Notes: a model not told the origin generated them from the letters alone. A stretch of 64,000 bases of DNA from an uncultured delta proteobacterium (GCA_963696385.1 CAVOKF010000004.1:768001-832000), one strand, 5' to 3'. Counted from the stretch's first letter, positions 1-10,067 are shown. Program-made: numbers and translations.

Positions 1-2
1 GC

Positions 3-458
3 GTTCCCCTGTCTGACGTAACGCGTTCGGCGGTCGAGGCTACCCGCGAGGCGGCCGAGGCGCGTGGGGTCGCGCTGGAGGTGACGTGCGCCGCCGCTTC
101 GGTGCGGGGCCATGCGGGCGACCTCGGACGCTTGCTGCGCAATCTCGTGGAGAACGCCATCCGCCATTCTCCGCGTGGCGGCCGCGTGCGCATCGAGGCG
201 CGGCCTACGGCCGACCATCTTCGATTGCTGGTGAGCGATGACGGGCCCGGGGTGCCCCCCGACGTCCGTGAGCGCATCTTTGAACCGTTCTTCAGGCTGC
301 CCGGCGACGCCACCGATCACGCCGGCGCCGGCCTCGGACTCGCGATCGGGCGAGGCATCGCACGCGCGCACGGGGGCGATCTTTGGGTGGACGATTCGAC
401 GCACGGTGCGCGGTTCGTCGTGCGCCTGCCGCTCCCGGGACCGGGCGCAGCGACGTAA
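3..458 (+). CDS. Sensor histidine kinase, C-terminal HATPase_c domain (5' partial)
   Basis: N box NLVENAIRHS, G1 box DDGPG, F box IFEPFFR, G2 box GAGLGLAI; frame is open to the window edge. Confidence 0.9.
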   Translation, partial: VPLSDVTRSAVEATREAAEARGVALEVTCAAASVRGHAGDLGRLLRNLVENAIRHSPRGGRVRIEARPTADHLRLLVSDDGPGVPPDVRERIFEPFFRLPGDATDHAGAGLGLAIGRGIARAHGGDLWVDDSTHGARFVVRLPLPGPGAAT

Positions 459-630
459 CGGTCGCGCGAGGCCCGCGAAGGCGCCGCCATCGGTTGTACG
501 ATACACGGCGGCGGCTCGCCGGTAAGCAACGAGCCGCCGTTGCGCGCCGGCTACAGGCTGCGCGCGATGAAGGACGCGGCCAGTGCGCCGGGTCCCGGGC
601 GAGTCGTCGACGCTTGTGCAAAACAATCGT

Positions 631-1683
631 TCAGGGGCCGCCCAGGATCTGCGTCGGGTTGTCGTAGCGCCACACGTGCGCGATCTGACCGCCGCTGATC
701 TCGCAAATGTCCACGATCTCCAGGCTAAACACCTTGTCGCGTTGCGCGGGGATCCAGCCCATCGGTCCCAGCTGCTCGCCAGCGATGGAATACTCCACGA
801 CCGCGAAGCGTGCGACCCCCCACCCATTGTCCACCGTCGTGTCGAGCTGGCCCACTGCCTTGTGCATGGCCTTGTAATACGTCCGAGCGGCCTCCTTCCC
901 CCGCGCGGGCTCCGATCGCTCGAGATCGTCGACCTCGAAACCATCCGTCACACTGCCGACGTAATCGACTTCCTTGTTGTTTTCGAGAGCGTCGAACCAC
1001 GACTTCACCAGGGTGAGATGGCTCTGTTCGTCCGCGGACGCCGGCTGCGCCTGCTCGAACACCTGAGCCGGACCCGTCGGCGGAGTGGAGAGCGGCAAAG
1101 CCAGCAGTTCCTTTGGGCCGACGCCCAGTTGCGCCTTTACGATCGCAACGTCGACGTACAAGTGCACGTCGGTGATGCTGCCGTCATCCCGGGTCCAGAG
1201 CAAAGCCAGCCCCGTGAAGGCCACCGGCTTGTGTGTAGTAGCGATACCCATCCAGGCGCGCGCATGCGTCCCCGTCATCGTCCACTCGATCGTCTGCTCG
1301 TTCGGAGTGCGCCAGACCCGGGTTGCTGCCACTTTTCGGTCGTCGAAAGCCCCGAGAAGCAGGTCGTGCGCGCGGGCGACCGCCCCGCGGCCATGCGCGT
1401 CGTCCGAACCCGGCGACGCGAAGTGCGCCTCGTCGTCGAGCAACGGACCGAGTTGCGCGATCCCGGGCGAGGAAAGCGCCGATACGTACACCTCCGCCAA
1501 AGCCCGCTCCTTCGCCGAGATGATGTCCGAGCCGGCATCGACTACGGGACGGACCTGCAGCGATTGCCAGTTCACGGGCGCCGGGGGCGGCTGCGCGACC
1601 GTCTCGCTCGAGCAGCCCGATAGGCCCAACGCGATCGCGCCCAGCATGTTTCGATACGTGTCCATAAATCGTGGATCTCCCAT
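631..1683 (-). CDS. Lipoprotein with two SnoaL/NTF2-like (ester cyclase) domains
   Basis: Lipobox LSGC; motifs EWTMTGTH...G...T.KPV and GGQIAHVWRYDN; true start may be slightly downstream. Confidence 0.75.
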   Translation of the reverse strand: MGDPRFMDTYRNMLGAIALGLSGCSSETVAQPPPAPVNWQSLQVRPVVDAGSDIISAKERALAEVYVSALSSPGIAQLGPLLDDEAHFASPGSDDAHGRGAVARAHDLLLGAFDDRKVAATRVWRTPNEQTIEWTMTGTHARAWMGIATTHKPVAFTGLALLWTRDDGSITDVHLYVDVAIVKAQLGVGPKELLALPLSTPPTGPAQVFEQAQPASADEQSHLTLVKSWFDALENNKEVDYVGSVTDGFEVDDLERSEPARGKEAARTYYKAMHKAVGQLDTTVDNGWGVARFAVVEYSIAGEQLGPMGWIPAQRDKVFSLEIVDICEISGGQIAHVWRYDNPTQILGGP

Positions 1684-1686
1684 CGG

Positions 1687-2349
1687 TCAGAAGCTGTAGC
1701 CAATAGAGGCGAGCAACCGCGGACGCACGGCGTTGTTCGCGTAGATGGAGGCCGGCAGTTGCTGCTCCGGGATCGACTTGCTCGTGACGACGTACTGCGC
1801 TCCCGCGCCCACGCTCACGGCGATCGTGTCGGCGATGAGCGCCTCGTATCCGGCGTCGGCTGCGACGCCGAAGTCGACAAACGGCGTATCGCTGCCGTTG
1901 CCGGTCTTCGCGCTGATGCTGGCGAGCACCAGCGACGGGCCGAGGAAAAAACCCCGGGGGCCGCCTTTCTCGAAGTAGTAACGATAGCCGAGCTCACCGC
2001 CGAAGCCGTGGAACGTCTGGGCAAGGACGTTCAGAGTATAAGGGAGCTCGTTGCCGTTGGCGTCGATGCTGGTCGCATACGGTACCGTTTTCGCCCACGT
2101 GTAAAATGGGCTGAGGATCAACGCGTGGTGGTCGCAGGGCACCACGACGACGTTGAGGCTAAACCGGTCGATGAACAGGGCCAAGGGATTCCACTCGATG
2201 GTGAGTGCCCGGTGGGGCGACGGAGCTTCGTGGAGCGCGACGTCGACCGGGGGCGGGGGCTCCGCGAGGGCGAAGCGCCCTGCCGTCGTGACCGTCGCGG
2301 CGACCCCGACGCTCATGAGCAGCTTCAGAAGCAGAGAAGAACGATCCAT
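1687..2349 (-). CDS. Small outer-membrane beta-barrel protein (DUF3575-like)
   Basis: Signal peptide, IEWNPL, GGELGYRYY, GFFLGPS, C-terminal IGYSF. Confidence 0.7.
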   Translation of the reverse strand: MDRSSLLLKLLMSVGVAATVTTAGRFALAEPPPPVDVALHEAPSPHRALTIEWNPLALFIDRFSLNVVVVPCDHHALILSPFYTWAKTVPYATSIDANGNELPYTLNVLAQTFHGFGGELGYRYYFEKGGPRGFFLGPSLVLASISAKTGNGSDTPFVDFGVAADAGYEALIADTIAVSVGAGAQYVVTSKSIPEQQLPASIYANNAVRPRLLASIGYSF

Positions 2350-2362
2350 GGCGGCGCTCCGC

Positions 2363-2378
2363 TGGCAAGCTCTGTGCT
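2363..2378 (+). promoter_or_regulatory. Putative sigma54 (-24/-12) promoter
   Basis: TGGCAAGCTCTGTGCT has GG and GC at the canonical spacing, 13 nt before the ATG at 2391. Confidence 0.4.
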
Positions 2379-2390
2379 AGCTCGCGCCGC

Positions 2391-2870
2391 ATGCGTTTTC
2401 GGCTCATCCTCATGGTCCTCCTTGCGGCCTCTCTGGCCGGTCCAACTCCCGCCTGGGCGAGCGACGGCGGCGGCAACACGACGAGCGCCGACGGCGGCGC
2501 AGAGCCGTCGAGTGTCGTCGACGGGGGCGGCTCGGAAGCCGGCGCGCAGGACGCCGCTACCGGCGCGGGCAGCTCGGAAGCCGAAGACGCTGCGCCTGCC
2601 GTGCCGGTGGTGGCCTGCGACGGCGACCTTTGCGACACCCTGCAGGGTCGGCCGTCGTGCTCCGTCGTCGCGCGGCCGCTCGGGGGCTCGTCGGGCGCTC
2701 CGATCGGGCTCGCCGGCACATGGGCGGCGGTGGCTCTCTGCATCGTGCGCAGGACGCGTCGTGGGGCGTCCCGCCCAGGCAAGAGGGCGCCATGCGTGAT
2801 CAGTTGTCCCACCCCGCGAGGGTCGGGGAGCACGTTGCCGATTCTGCCGTCGGATGTCTCGTCGCTGTAA
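2391..2870 (+). CDS. Secreted protein with MYXO-CTERM-like sorting segment
   Basis: Signal peptide (PAWA), acidic DGG/DAA linker, CDGDLCD, then SCSV...hydrophobic helix...RRTRR. Confidence 0.55.
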   Translation: MRFRLILMVLLAASLAGPTPAWASDGGGNTTSADGGAEPSSVVDGGGSEAGAQDAATGAGSSEAEDAAPAVPVVACDGDLCDTLQGRPSCSVVARPLGGSSGAPIGLAGTWAAVALCIVRRTRRGASRPGKRAPCVISCPTPRGSGSTLPILPSDVSSL

Positions 2871-3050
2871 GGTCCGTTACTTTCCGCCGTTTTGGCGCTC
2901 GCCGAGGGCAAGGCTGTCCGCCCTCTGCACGGGGCTTCGGTTGGGCGATTCATCCCACTCGGGCCGGGAATCGCCCTCGCGGTGGGGCGGGGCGGCCGGT
3001 TCCCGGCAGCGCACGACCGCTGGTGCGACAGTTGCTTCGGGCGAGCCGCG

Positions 3051-4460
3051 ATGTCGGTTCGATTTCTCTTTCTGACGTTCTTTTGGCTTGCAGCGGCCGC
3101 CACGACGCAAGCGCCGGCATGGGCGGAGGGGCCGACGCCCCCTCCGACCGAGCTGCCGCAGAGGGTCACGCTCGATGAAGCGCTGCGCATCTTCCGCACG
3201 CGGGGCATCGAGTTGCTCATCGCCGAGGCCGCGGTGCATAACGCCGAGGGAGCCGTGAAGATCGCCGGCGCGGTGCCGAATCCCGTCGTGAGCGGGAGCT
3301 TGGGCGACGCATTCACCTACACGAGCAAAGACCCGAGCTGTGCGTTCAGCGGGCCTTCGACCATGGCGACCAACTACGTGCAGTGCTCCAACCAGGTTTG
3401 GAACGTCGGCCTCTCCGACTCGGCCGCCATCGAAGACAGCCTGTCGGGCAAACGCGACCTGAGATTCAAGGTCGCTCGAAACGCCCTCGCAGCGGCGAAG
3501 ATGTCGCGCGTCGACGCCGAACGAACTCTCGTGTTCCAGGTCGAATCGGTATACCTCCAAGTGGCCCAAGCCATGCTTGGGTACAAGTTCGCGAAAGACG
3601 TGGCCGACTCCAACACAACGATCCTCGACAAGTTCAAAGTCAAGTACGCCACCGGCGCGATCAACGACGGCGACCTCGCTCGCATGGAGACCCAGAAGGC
3701 CGAGTCGGATCAGGCCTTGGATACCGCTGGACAGACGTTGCGGCAGGCGCGCGTGGCGCTCGCGTTTCTGCTGGGCGTCCGCGGCGAGGTCCCTGACTTC
3801 GACGTCGACACCAAGATCCTCGATTACTCCGTTCCCTCGCCGCTGACGAATGCCCGGGAAGTCGATCTTTTGCGGCTGGCGTTCGATCACCGGCCGGATC
3901 TCATCGCGGCGGGCTACACCATGGCCTCAGCGGAAGCTGGGCTTACGCTCGTGAAGCGGCAGAAGTTCCCCGACATCACGTTGTCGCTCAACTATGCGCA
4001 GGGTGGATACGGTGGCACCGGCACGAACACGCCGCTTCAAACTCCCATGATCACGGTCGGCGTTTCCGCGCCCATCCCCATATTCTATCAGTTGCAAGGC
4101 GAGCAGCGGCAGGCCGAGGCCCAAGTCGATACGACCGCCCTGCAACATGCTCAGGCGGCCAAGCAGGTGGTCAGCGATGTGGGGACGGCCTACGCTGCGT
4201 TTGACGCAGCGCGAAAACTCGTCGTGCGCATGGAAAAGGGCGAACCGGAGGGGAAGGTGCGCCCGATTCTGGAGAGCTCAAAAGTGGCACTCGATATCAC
4301 GCGCCTGCAATACGAAAAAGGCGCCGCGAGCTTGTCGGACTTCCTTCTTGCGCTTCAGACGTACATCGCGACCAAAATTGAATATTTCGGGGACCTCACC
4401 AATTACTGGACGGCCGTCTACCAGCTCGAAGAAGCGGTCGCCACGGAGTTGCATCAATGA
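3051..4460 (+). CDS. czcC: TolC-family outer membrane efflux protein (CzcC-like)
   Basis: Signal peptide from ATG 3051; OEP-type motifs LDEAL, HRPDL, YEKGAASLSDFL; stop overlaps the adaptor start (ATGA). Confidence 0.9.
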   Translation: MSVRFLFLTFFWLAAAATTQAPAWAEGPTPPPTELPQRVTLDEALRIFRTRGIELLIAEAAVHNAEGAVKIAGAVPNPVVSGSLGDAFTYTSKDPSCAFSGPSTMATNYVQCSNQVWNVGLSDSAAIEDSLSGKRDLRFKVARNALAAAKMSRVDAERTLVFQVESVYLQVAQAMLGYKFAKDVADSNTTILDKFKVKYATGAINDGDLARMETQKAESDQALDTAGQTLRQARVALAFLLGVRGEVPDFDVDTKILDYSVPSPLTNAREVDLLRLAFDHRPDLIAAGYTMASAEAGLTLVKRQKFPDITLSLNYAQGGYGGTGTNTPLQTPMITVGVSAPIPIFYQLQGEQRQAEAQVDTTALQHAQAAKQVVSDVGTAYAAFDAARKLVVRMEKGEPEGKVRPILESSKVALDITRLQYEKGAASLSDFLLALQTYIATKIEYFGDLTNYWTAVYQLEEAVATELHQ

Positions 4461-5653
4461 GCCGCATCACCAGCAAGCACCTCATCACCCTGCCCGTCGT
4501 CGCCTTCGCCGCCTTGGAAGTGGGCTGTCACGCGTCCCAAGCGGCGCCGGAAGCGGCTACCGGAGCTCCTCCGAGCGACCAGGTATGGCTGACGCCCGCC
4601 CAAGTCGTCGAAGCCAAGATTCAGGTGGCCCCGGTCGGCAACCAGGTCGTGGACGACACGCTGCTCACAAGCGGGACCATCACCCTCGACGACCTTCGGA
4701 GCGGCCATGTGTTTTCGCCGGTCACCGGACGGGTCACCAAAATCGTGGCCCAGCTCGGCCAACATGTGAAAAAGGGCGACCCGCTCGCCACCATCGAGTC
4801 CCCCGACATCGGCAACGCGGTGAGCGACGTCCACAAGGGCGAGGCCGACTTGATCGCCGCCGAGCACAACCTCGACCGCAAGAAGGCCCTGTATGCTCAA
4901 AAGGCCGCGGCGGCCGCCGACGTCGAGGCGTCGGAAGACGCCGAGCGAAACGCCAAAGCGGAGCTCGAACGGGCGCGCCAAAAGCAGTTTCTGCTGCGCG
5001 TGGGCAATGTCGACGCCGTCACGCAAACCTACACGCTGTCGTCCCCCATCGACGGCGAAGTGTTGCTGCGCAACATCAACCCGGGGGTCGAAGTGCAAGG
5101 CCAGTACAGCGGTGGGGCTGGCAACAATTGCATCGCTGGCCTCACGACCAACGCGGTTTGCGGCGAGCTATTCACGATCGGCGAGCTCGACAAGGTCTGG
5201 GTGTTGGGCGACGTCTACGAGATCGACATGGGGCGCGTCCACGTCGGCGCCCCCGCGAAAGTCACGACCGTTGCGTATCCCGGCCGCGTGTTCACAGGTA
5301 CGGTCGATTGGGTGAGCGGGTCCATGGACTCGAACACGCGTACGGCGAAAGTCCGTTGCACGTTCGACAACCCCGACGGGCAACTGCGACCGATGATGTA
5401 TGCTACCGTCCAGATCTCGGTCGACCAAAGAGAGGCGCTTGCCATTCCGAGAAGCTCGGTTGTTCACATGGGGGAGTACAAGGTCGTGTTCGTGCAGGTC
5501 GGCGAGGCCAACGGTCAAGTGGCCTTCGAACGGCTTCCGGTCGCTATCGACGAGAGCGTGGCCACTCCGTACGTGGCCGTGAAGCACGGCGTCGAACCGG
5601 GCCAAAAAATTGTCGTCAACGGCGCGGCTGTCTTGTCGTCGCAGAGGCTTTGA
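4457..5653 (+). CDS. czcB: RND efflux periplasmic adaptor (CzcB-like), copy 1
   Basis: Lipobox-like LEVGC; VFSPVTGRV, GQHVKKGDPL, SPIDGEV, TRTAKVR, LRPMMY. Confidence 0.92.
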   Translation: MSRITSKHLITLPVVAFAALEVGCHASQAAPEAATGAPPSDQVWLTPAQVVEAKIQVAPVGNQVVDDTLLTSGTITLDDLRSGHVFSPVTGRVTKIVAQLGQHVKKGDPLATIESPDIGNAVSDVHKGEADLIAAEHNLDRKKALYAQKAAAAADVEASEDAERNAKAELERARQKQFLLRVGNVDAVTQTYTLSSPIDGEVLLRNINPGVEVQGQYSGGAGNNCIAGLTTNAVCGELFTIGELDKVWVLGDVYEIDMGRVHVGAPAKVTTVAYPGRVFTGTVDWVSGSMDSNTRTAKVRCTFDNPDGQLRPMMYATVQISVDQREALAIPRSSVVHMGEYKVVFVQVGEANGQVAFERLPVAIDESVATPYVAVKHGVEPGQKIVVNGAAVLSSQRL

Positions 5654-5658
5654 AGCTC

Positions 5659-6816
5659 ATGTCGGTTCCCCGCCTCAGGGCTCGTGCAGCCGCGTCCTGG
5701 ATCGCGGCCGCAGCTTTGGGCGTCGCGGCGTGCCACCCCGCTCCGGCGACCACCGAGGCGCCGGAGGTCCAGCACCCCGAAGGCGAGGTTTGGCTCACAC
5801 CCCAGCAAGTTCGCGACGCGAAAATTGGGGTGCAACCTGTGGAGGTTCATGCCGTCGACGACACGATCCTGACGAGCGGCACGATCTCGCTCGACGACCA
5901 GCGCACCGGTCACGTGTTCTCGCCCGTGACCGGCCGAGTGGTCAACATCGTCGCCCAGCTCGGGCAACGCGTTCACAAGGGAGACCCGTTGGCCGTCATC
6001 GAGTCGCCGGATGTTGGCAGCGCCGTCAGCGACGTCCACAAGGCCCAGGCCGATCTCATCGCGGCCGAGCACGATCTCAAGCGCAAAAAGGAGCTTTTTG
6101 AGCAAAAGGCAGGATCCTCTGCGGATATGGAGGCTTCGATGGACAACTACCGTCGGGCCAAAGCCGAGCTCGAGCGAGCGCAGCAAAAAGCTTACTTGCT
6201 CCGCAATGGTAATGCCGATGCCGTCACGCAGACGTACACGCTGCCGGCGCCCCTCGACGGCGAAGTGTTGCTTCGGAACATCAACCCCGGCGTGGAGGTC
6301 CAGGGGCAGTACAGCGGCGGGGCGACCGTGGAGCTTTTCACGATCGGCGAGCTCGATAAGGTCTGGATGCTCGGGGATCTCTACGAGATGGACATCGCGC
6401 GCGTCCACGTGGGTGCGCCCGCGACCGTCACGGTCGTCTCCTATCCCGGTAAGGTCTTCGCGGGGGTCGTTGACTGGGTGAGCGGCTCGCTCGACCCGAA
6501 TACGAGAACGGCCAAAGTCCGGTGCACGTTTGACAATCCCGAGAAACTCTTGCGGCCCATGATGTATGCCACCGCGCAGATCTCGGTCGATCGCGAGAAC
6601 GCGCTGGCCATTCCCCGCAATGCGCTCTTGCGCTTGGGCGAAGACAAAGTCGTCTTCATCGAAGTCGGCGACGCCAACAATCAGGTGCGCTTCAAACAAG
6701 TCACCGTCGATGTCGACGAGGGCGAGTCGAGCCCATGGCTCATCGTCAAGAAGGGGCTCCAGCCCGGCCAGAAGATCGTCGTGAACGGCGCCATTCTGCT
6801 CTCCCAAAGTCTCTGA
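5659..6816 (+). CDS. czcB: RND efflux periplasmic adaptor (CzcB-like), copy 2
   Basis: ATG at 5659, lipobox VAAC, same adaptor motifs; it is the C-terminal part of the 889-aa ORF call. Confidence 0.92.
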   Translation: MSVPRLRARAAASWIAAAALGVAACHPAPATTEAPEVQHPEGEVWLTPQQVRDAKIGVQPVEVHAVDDTILTSGTISLDDQRTGHVFSPVTGRVVNIVAQLGQRVHKGDPLAVIESPDVGSAVSDVHKAQADLIAAEHDLKRKKELFEQKAGSSADMEASMDNYRRAKAELERAQQKAYLLRNGNADAVTQTYTLPAPLDGEVLLRNINPGVEVQGQYSGGATVELFTIGELDKVWMLGDLYEMDIARVHVGAPATVTVVSYPGKVFAGVVDWVSGSLDPNTRTAKVRCTFDNPEKLLRPMMYATAQISVDRENALAIPRNALLRLGEDKVVFIEVGDANNQVRFKQVTVDVDEGESSPWLIVKKGLQPGQKIVVNGAILLSQSL

Positions 6817-6872
6817 ATTTTCCCGCTCGAGGGAGTCGACATCGTCCGAGCGTACATGAAATAAAGGCGACG

Positions 6873-8780
6873 GTGGATCCGGGTCGCCATCCCATCCAGG
6901 TCGTCGCCAGCCCCGGGACCGAGGTCGAGCCCGAGCTCGGCGTCCCGCACGACCGCGGGGGCGATCACGACCCGCACGTGCAGCGAGGAGACCTGGTTCG
7001 CATCGGCCTCGTCGCGGCGGCCGTGCTCGTCTCCTGGCTCTTCCCGTGGCGGCCGCTGCTGCGGGTGGACGCCTTGGCCCTGACTGCGACGCTGGTCGGC
7101 GGCTACCCCATCTTCAAAGAGGCTTTCGAGGCTCTTCGAAGGCGCCAGATGACGATGGAGCTGTCGATGACGATTGCTCTTGTCTCGGCACTTGGGATTC
7201 GCGAAGCGTTTACGGCGCTCGTCATCGTCCTCTTCGTGCTCATTGCGGAGGTGCTCGAACACTTGACCGTGGGCCGCGGACGTAGAGCCATCAAGGATCT
7301 GCTCGCCTTCCTCCCGCGGACGGTCGCCGTCCGGCGCGAAGAGGGTGTCTCCGACGTCTCTTCCGACGCCCTGAGCGTGGGCGATGTGGTCGTCATTAAG
7401 CCGGGTGGCAGAGTCCCCGTCGACGGCGTGGTGCAGGCGGGGCACTCGTTCGTGGACCAGGCGGCCATCACGGGGGAGTCGCTTCCGGTCGAGAAAGTGC
7501 CGGGCACCAATGTCTTCGCGGGGACCATGAACCAGTCGGGAACGCTCGACGTGCGCTCGACGGGCATCGGCCAGGACACGACATTCGCAAAGATCGTCGA
7601 AGCGGTCGAAAAGGCGCAGGAGTCGCGAGCGCCCATCCAGAAGACGGCCGATCGGCTTGCCGGGTACTTGGTTTACTTCGCCTTGGGGGCGGCCGCGCTC
7701 ACGTTCATCCTCACACGCGATGCGCGCTCGACCATCTCGGTCATCATCGTGGCCGGGGCGTGCGGCATCGCCGCCGGAACGCCGCTCGCCATTCTCGGCG
7801 CCGTCGGCCGTTCGGCGAGACTTGGGGCGATCGTGAAGGGCGGCATTCACATCGAGGTGCTCGGCCGCGTGGACACAATCGTGCTCGACAAGACCGGTAC
7901 GCTGACGCTCGGCGATCCCCGAGTCGTCGCCATCCATCCCGCGAGCGGAGTCACGGCCGCGCAACTCCTCGAGGCGGCGGCCACGGCCGAGCTGCCCTCC
8001 GAGCACCCGCTGGGCAAAGCCGTTCTCTCCAGGGCGACGGCGGACGGAATCACCCCCGCCGAGCCCGACCATTTCTCGTACACGCCCGGAAAGGGCATCG
8101 TGTGCTCGAAGAACGGTCAATCCATCGTCGTCGGCAACCGCTCCTTGCTCGAACGCGAAGGCGTCGCCCTGCCCGATGTGGACGCCGCTGCGACGGTGCT
8201 CGTCGCAAGAGGGCAACGATTCCTCGGCGCTCTTGAAGTCGCGGACGTGGTGCGACCCGAAGCGGCGGCATCCATTGCGGCCATCCGCCGCATGGGGATG
8301 CGCACGATCTTGCTCACTGGGGATGCGACCTCGATCGCCAAAGAGGTGGGTGCTCGTCTGGGAGTGGACGAGGCGATCGCCGAGCTTCTCCCACAAGACA
8401 AGCTCGATAAAGTGCGCGAGCTACAGAGACTCGGCAAGTGCGTCGCGATGGTGGGCGACGGTATCAACGACGCTCCTGCGCTCGCTCAAGCCGACGTAGG
8501 CATCGCGATGGGATCTGGGACGGACGTGGCTCGAGAGTCAGCCGACGTGGTGCTGCTCGGCAACGATCTTCTCAAGCTCGTCGAGACCCTGCGGATCGCC
8601 CGCCGGTGTCGCGCCATCATCGGGCAGAACTTCGCTGGCACGCTTCTCGTGGATGGCCTCGGTATCGTGCTGGCGGCGATGAGCTTCCTGAACCCTCTGC
8701 TCGCCGCATTCATCCACGTGTCGTCCGAGCTGCTCTTCATCTTGAACTCGACGCGCCTGCTCCCGGCGCGAGGTCGCTAA
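6873..8780 (+). CDS. Heavy-metal P1B-type ATPase with non-canonical TM motif
   Basis: [29 protein letters not shown] motif GACGIAAGTP instead of CPC; start (GTG 6873) uncertain. Confidence 0.9.
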   Translation: MDPGRHPIQVVASPGTEVEPELGVPHDRGGDHDPHVQRGDLVRIGLVAAAVLVSWLFPWRPLLRVDALALTATLVGGYPIFKEAFEALRRRQMTMELSMTIALVSALGIREAFTALVIVLFVLIAEVLEHLTVGRGRRAIKDLLAFLPRTVAVRREEGVSDVSSDALSVGDVVVIKPGGRVPVDGVVQAGHSFVDQAAITGESLPVEKVPGTNVFAGTMNQSGTLDVRSTGIGQDTTFAKIVEAVEKAQESRAPIQKTADRLAGYLVYFALGAAALTFILTRDARSTISVIIVAGACGIAAGTPLAILGAVGRSARLGAIVKGGIHIEVLGRVDTIVLDKTGTLTLGDPRVVAIHPASGVTAAQLLEAAATAELPSEHPLGKAVLSRATADGITPAEPDHFSYTPGKGIVCSKNGQSIVVGNRSLLEREGVALPDVDAAATVLVARGQRFLGALEVADVVRPEAAASIAAIRRMGMRTILLTGDATSIAKEVGARLGVDEAIAELLPQDKLDKVRELQRLGKCVAMVGDGINDAPALAQADVGIAMGSGTDVARESADVVLLGNDLLKLVETLRIARRCRAIIGQNFAGTLLVDGLGIVLAAMSFLNPLLAAFIHVSSELLFILNSTRLLPARGR

Positions 8781-8860
8781 GTACACCGCCGCAGAACAAG
8801 GGGATCAGCCGGGCAGTGTACTTCAATCGCCGTGAGGCGATTGGGGGGTTGGGGCAACTC
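8779..8860. repeat. Structured REP-like element, copy A
   Basis: AAGTACAC/GTGTACTT inverted repeat plus CAATCGCC-GTGA-GGCGATTG hairpin; about 54/64 identity by eye to 46704-46765. Confidence 0.65.
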
Positions 8861-9068
8861 CGGCGTGCCCACGTTCATCGGACCGTAGGCGAATCGTCCA
8901 GGCAAAACGCCGGAATCGCCAGTCGGCGGGGCGGCGAATCGCCCGCTCAGCCGGCGACTACCTCGACGTGCTGTGGTTCCCGTTCTGTGCCGCGATCAAC
9001 CGCAGTGCATCCCGACGTCCGGGTGCGTGCGGCGACTGCCTGGGCCCGAACCCCAGCCGGCGTCGCTT

Positions 9069-9660
9069 TCAAGGCAGCGGCACGAGCCCGATGAACGAAG
9101 CCGATGATGCCGAGACGCTTGACCCGGTCGGCGTGAGCACCCCCGTGGTCACATCGAAACGGAACGTCACGACGGTGCCGCTGCCCTCGTTGGCCGCGTA
9201 GAGGAAGCTTCCCGTTGCATCGAGTGCAAAGTCGCGCGGGGTGGTGCCCCCTGTCGGGGTGAATGTCGGCGTGCCCATGCGACCGGCTGGGTCGAGGGGG
9301 TAGATGACGATGTCGTCGTCGCCCCGGTTCGACCCAAAAAGCCACTGTCCGGACGGATGCACGTGAACTTCGGCGGCAGTGTTCGTGACGGTCGCACCCG
9401 CCGGCCGAGTGGACACGGTCTGAAGGATCGACAGCGTTCCGGCGACAGTGTCGAAGGCCAGTTCGCTCATGGTGCTGTCGGTCTCGTCGATGAGGCACGC
9501 GATCGTGCCGTTCGGGTGAAACGCGAAATGGCGGGGCCCGGCGCCTACGGCGGTGGCCATGGTGGGCACGGCGTTGGGTGTGAGCTGGCCCGTCATTGCG
9601 TCGAACGTGAACTGCGCCACGAAACGGATCGGGCAGGATCACGTGAGTCAGGGCTCCGGG
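9069..9660 (-). pseudogene. Lactonase (6-phosphogluconolactonase-like beta-propeller) C-terminal fragment
   Basis: GAGPRHFAFHPNG, GSNRGDD, TPRDFALD; N-terminal half missing; HVILPDP lies out of frame upstream. Confidence 0.7.
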
Positions 9661-9805
9661 TTCGCGAGACAATGAATCCACGACGCATCGATCGACGGTT
9701 ATCACGACGGTGCCGCAACCTCACGCCCCCGCGTCCGCCACACGGCTGGTACACGTATAGGATGGCGGAATCGTCTCCGAGGCGGCGCCATCACGACCTC
9801 CTTCT

Positions 9806-9916
9806 GGCCTCGATATCCAGCTCGGAGTAGGCAATCGCGTCGCCGCCGAATATGACGAGCAAGGTGCTGGCGACGACGATTGCGCGGAATCGGAGCGCGA
9901 AGGCGACGACTCGTTG
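9806..9916 (-). pseudogene. Remnant of the 5' end of a third czcA
   Basis: Translates QRVVAFALRFRAIVVASTLLVIFGGDAIAYSELDIEA vs QRVVAFALRFRPIILASTLLVIFGGAIAYAELDIEA in 26836..30042; no start codon or continuation. Confidence 0.85.
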
Positions 9917-10067
9917 ACTCCCCCGGCAACTCTGCGTCCGATCCGCGCCGCCGTGCGTGATATCGACATTAACCGGTTGATATGACGGTTTCGTAACTGC
10001 ATTAAGCTTTTGATAGGATGTTGTTCGACTGGCGCACCTTGTTTTATTGCATACGTGTCATGTCGTT

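Noticed and set aside
4147..6816. 889-aa ORF as a fusion protein
   Set aside because: Its first ~500 aa are an off-frame shadow of czcC/czcB1; the real gene starts at 5659
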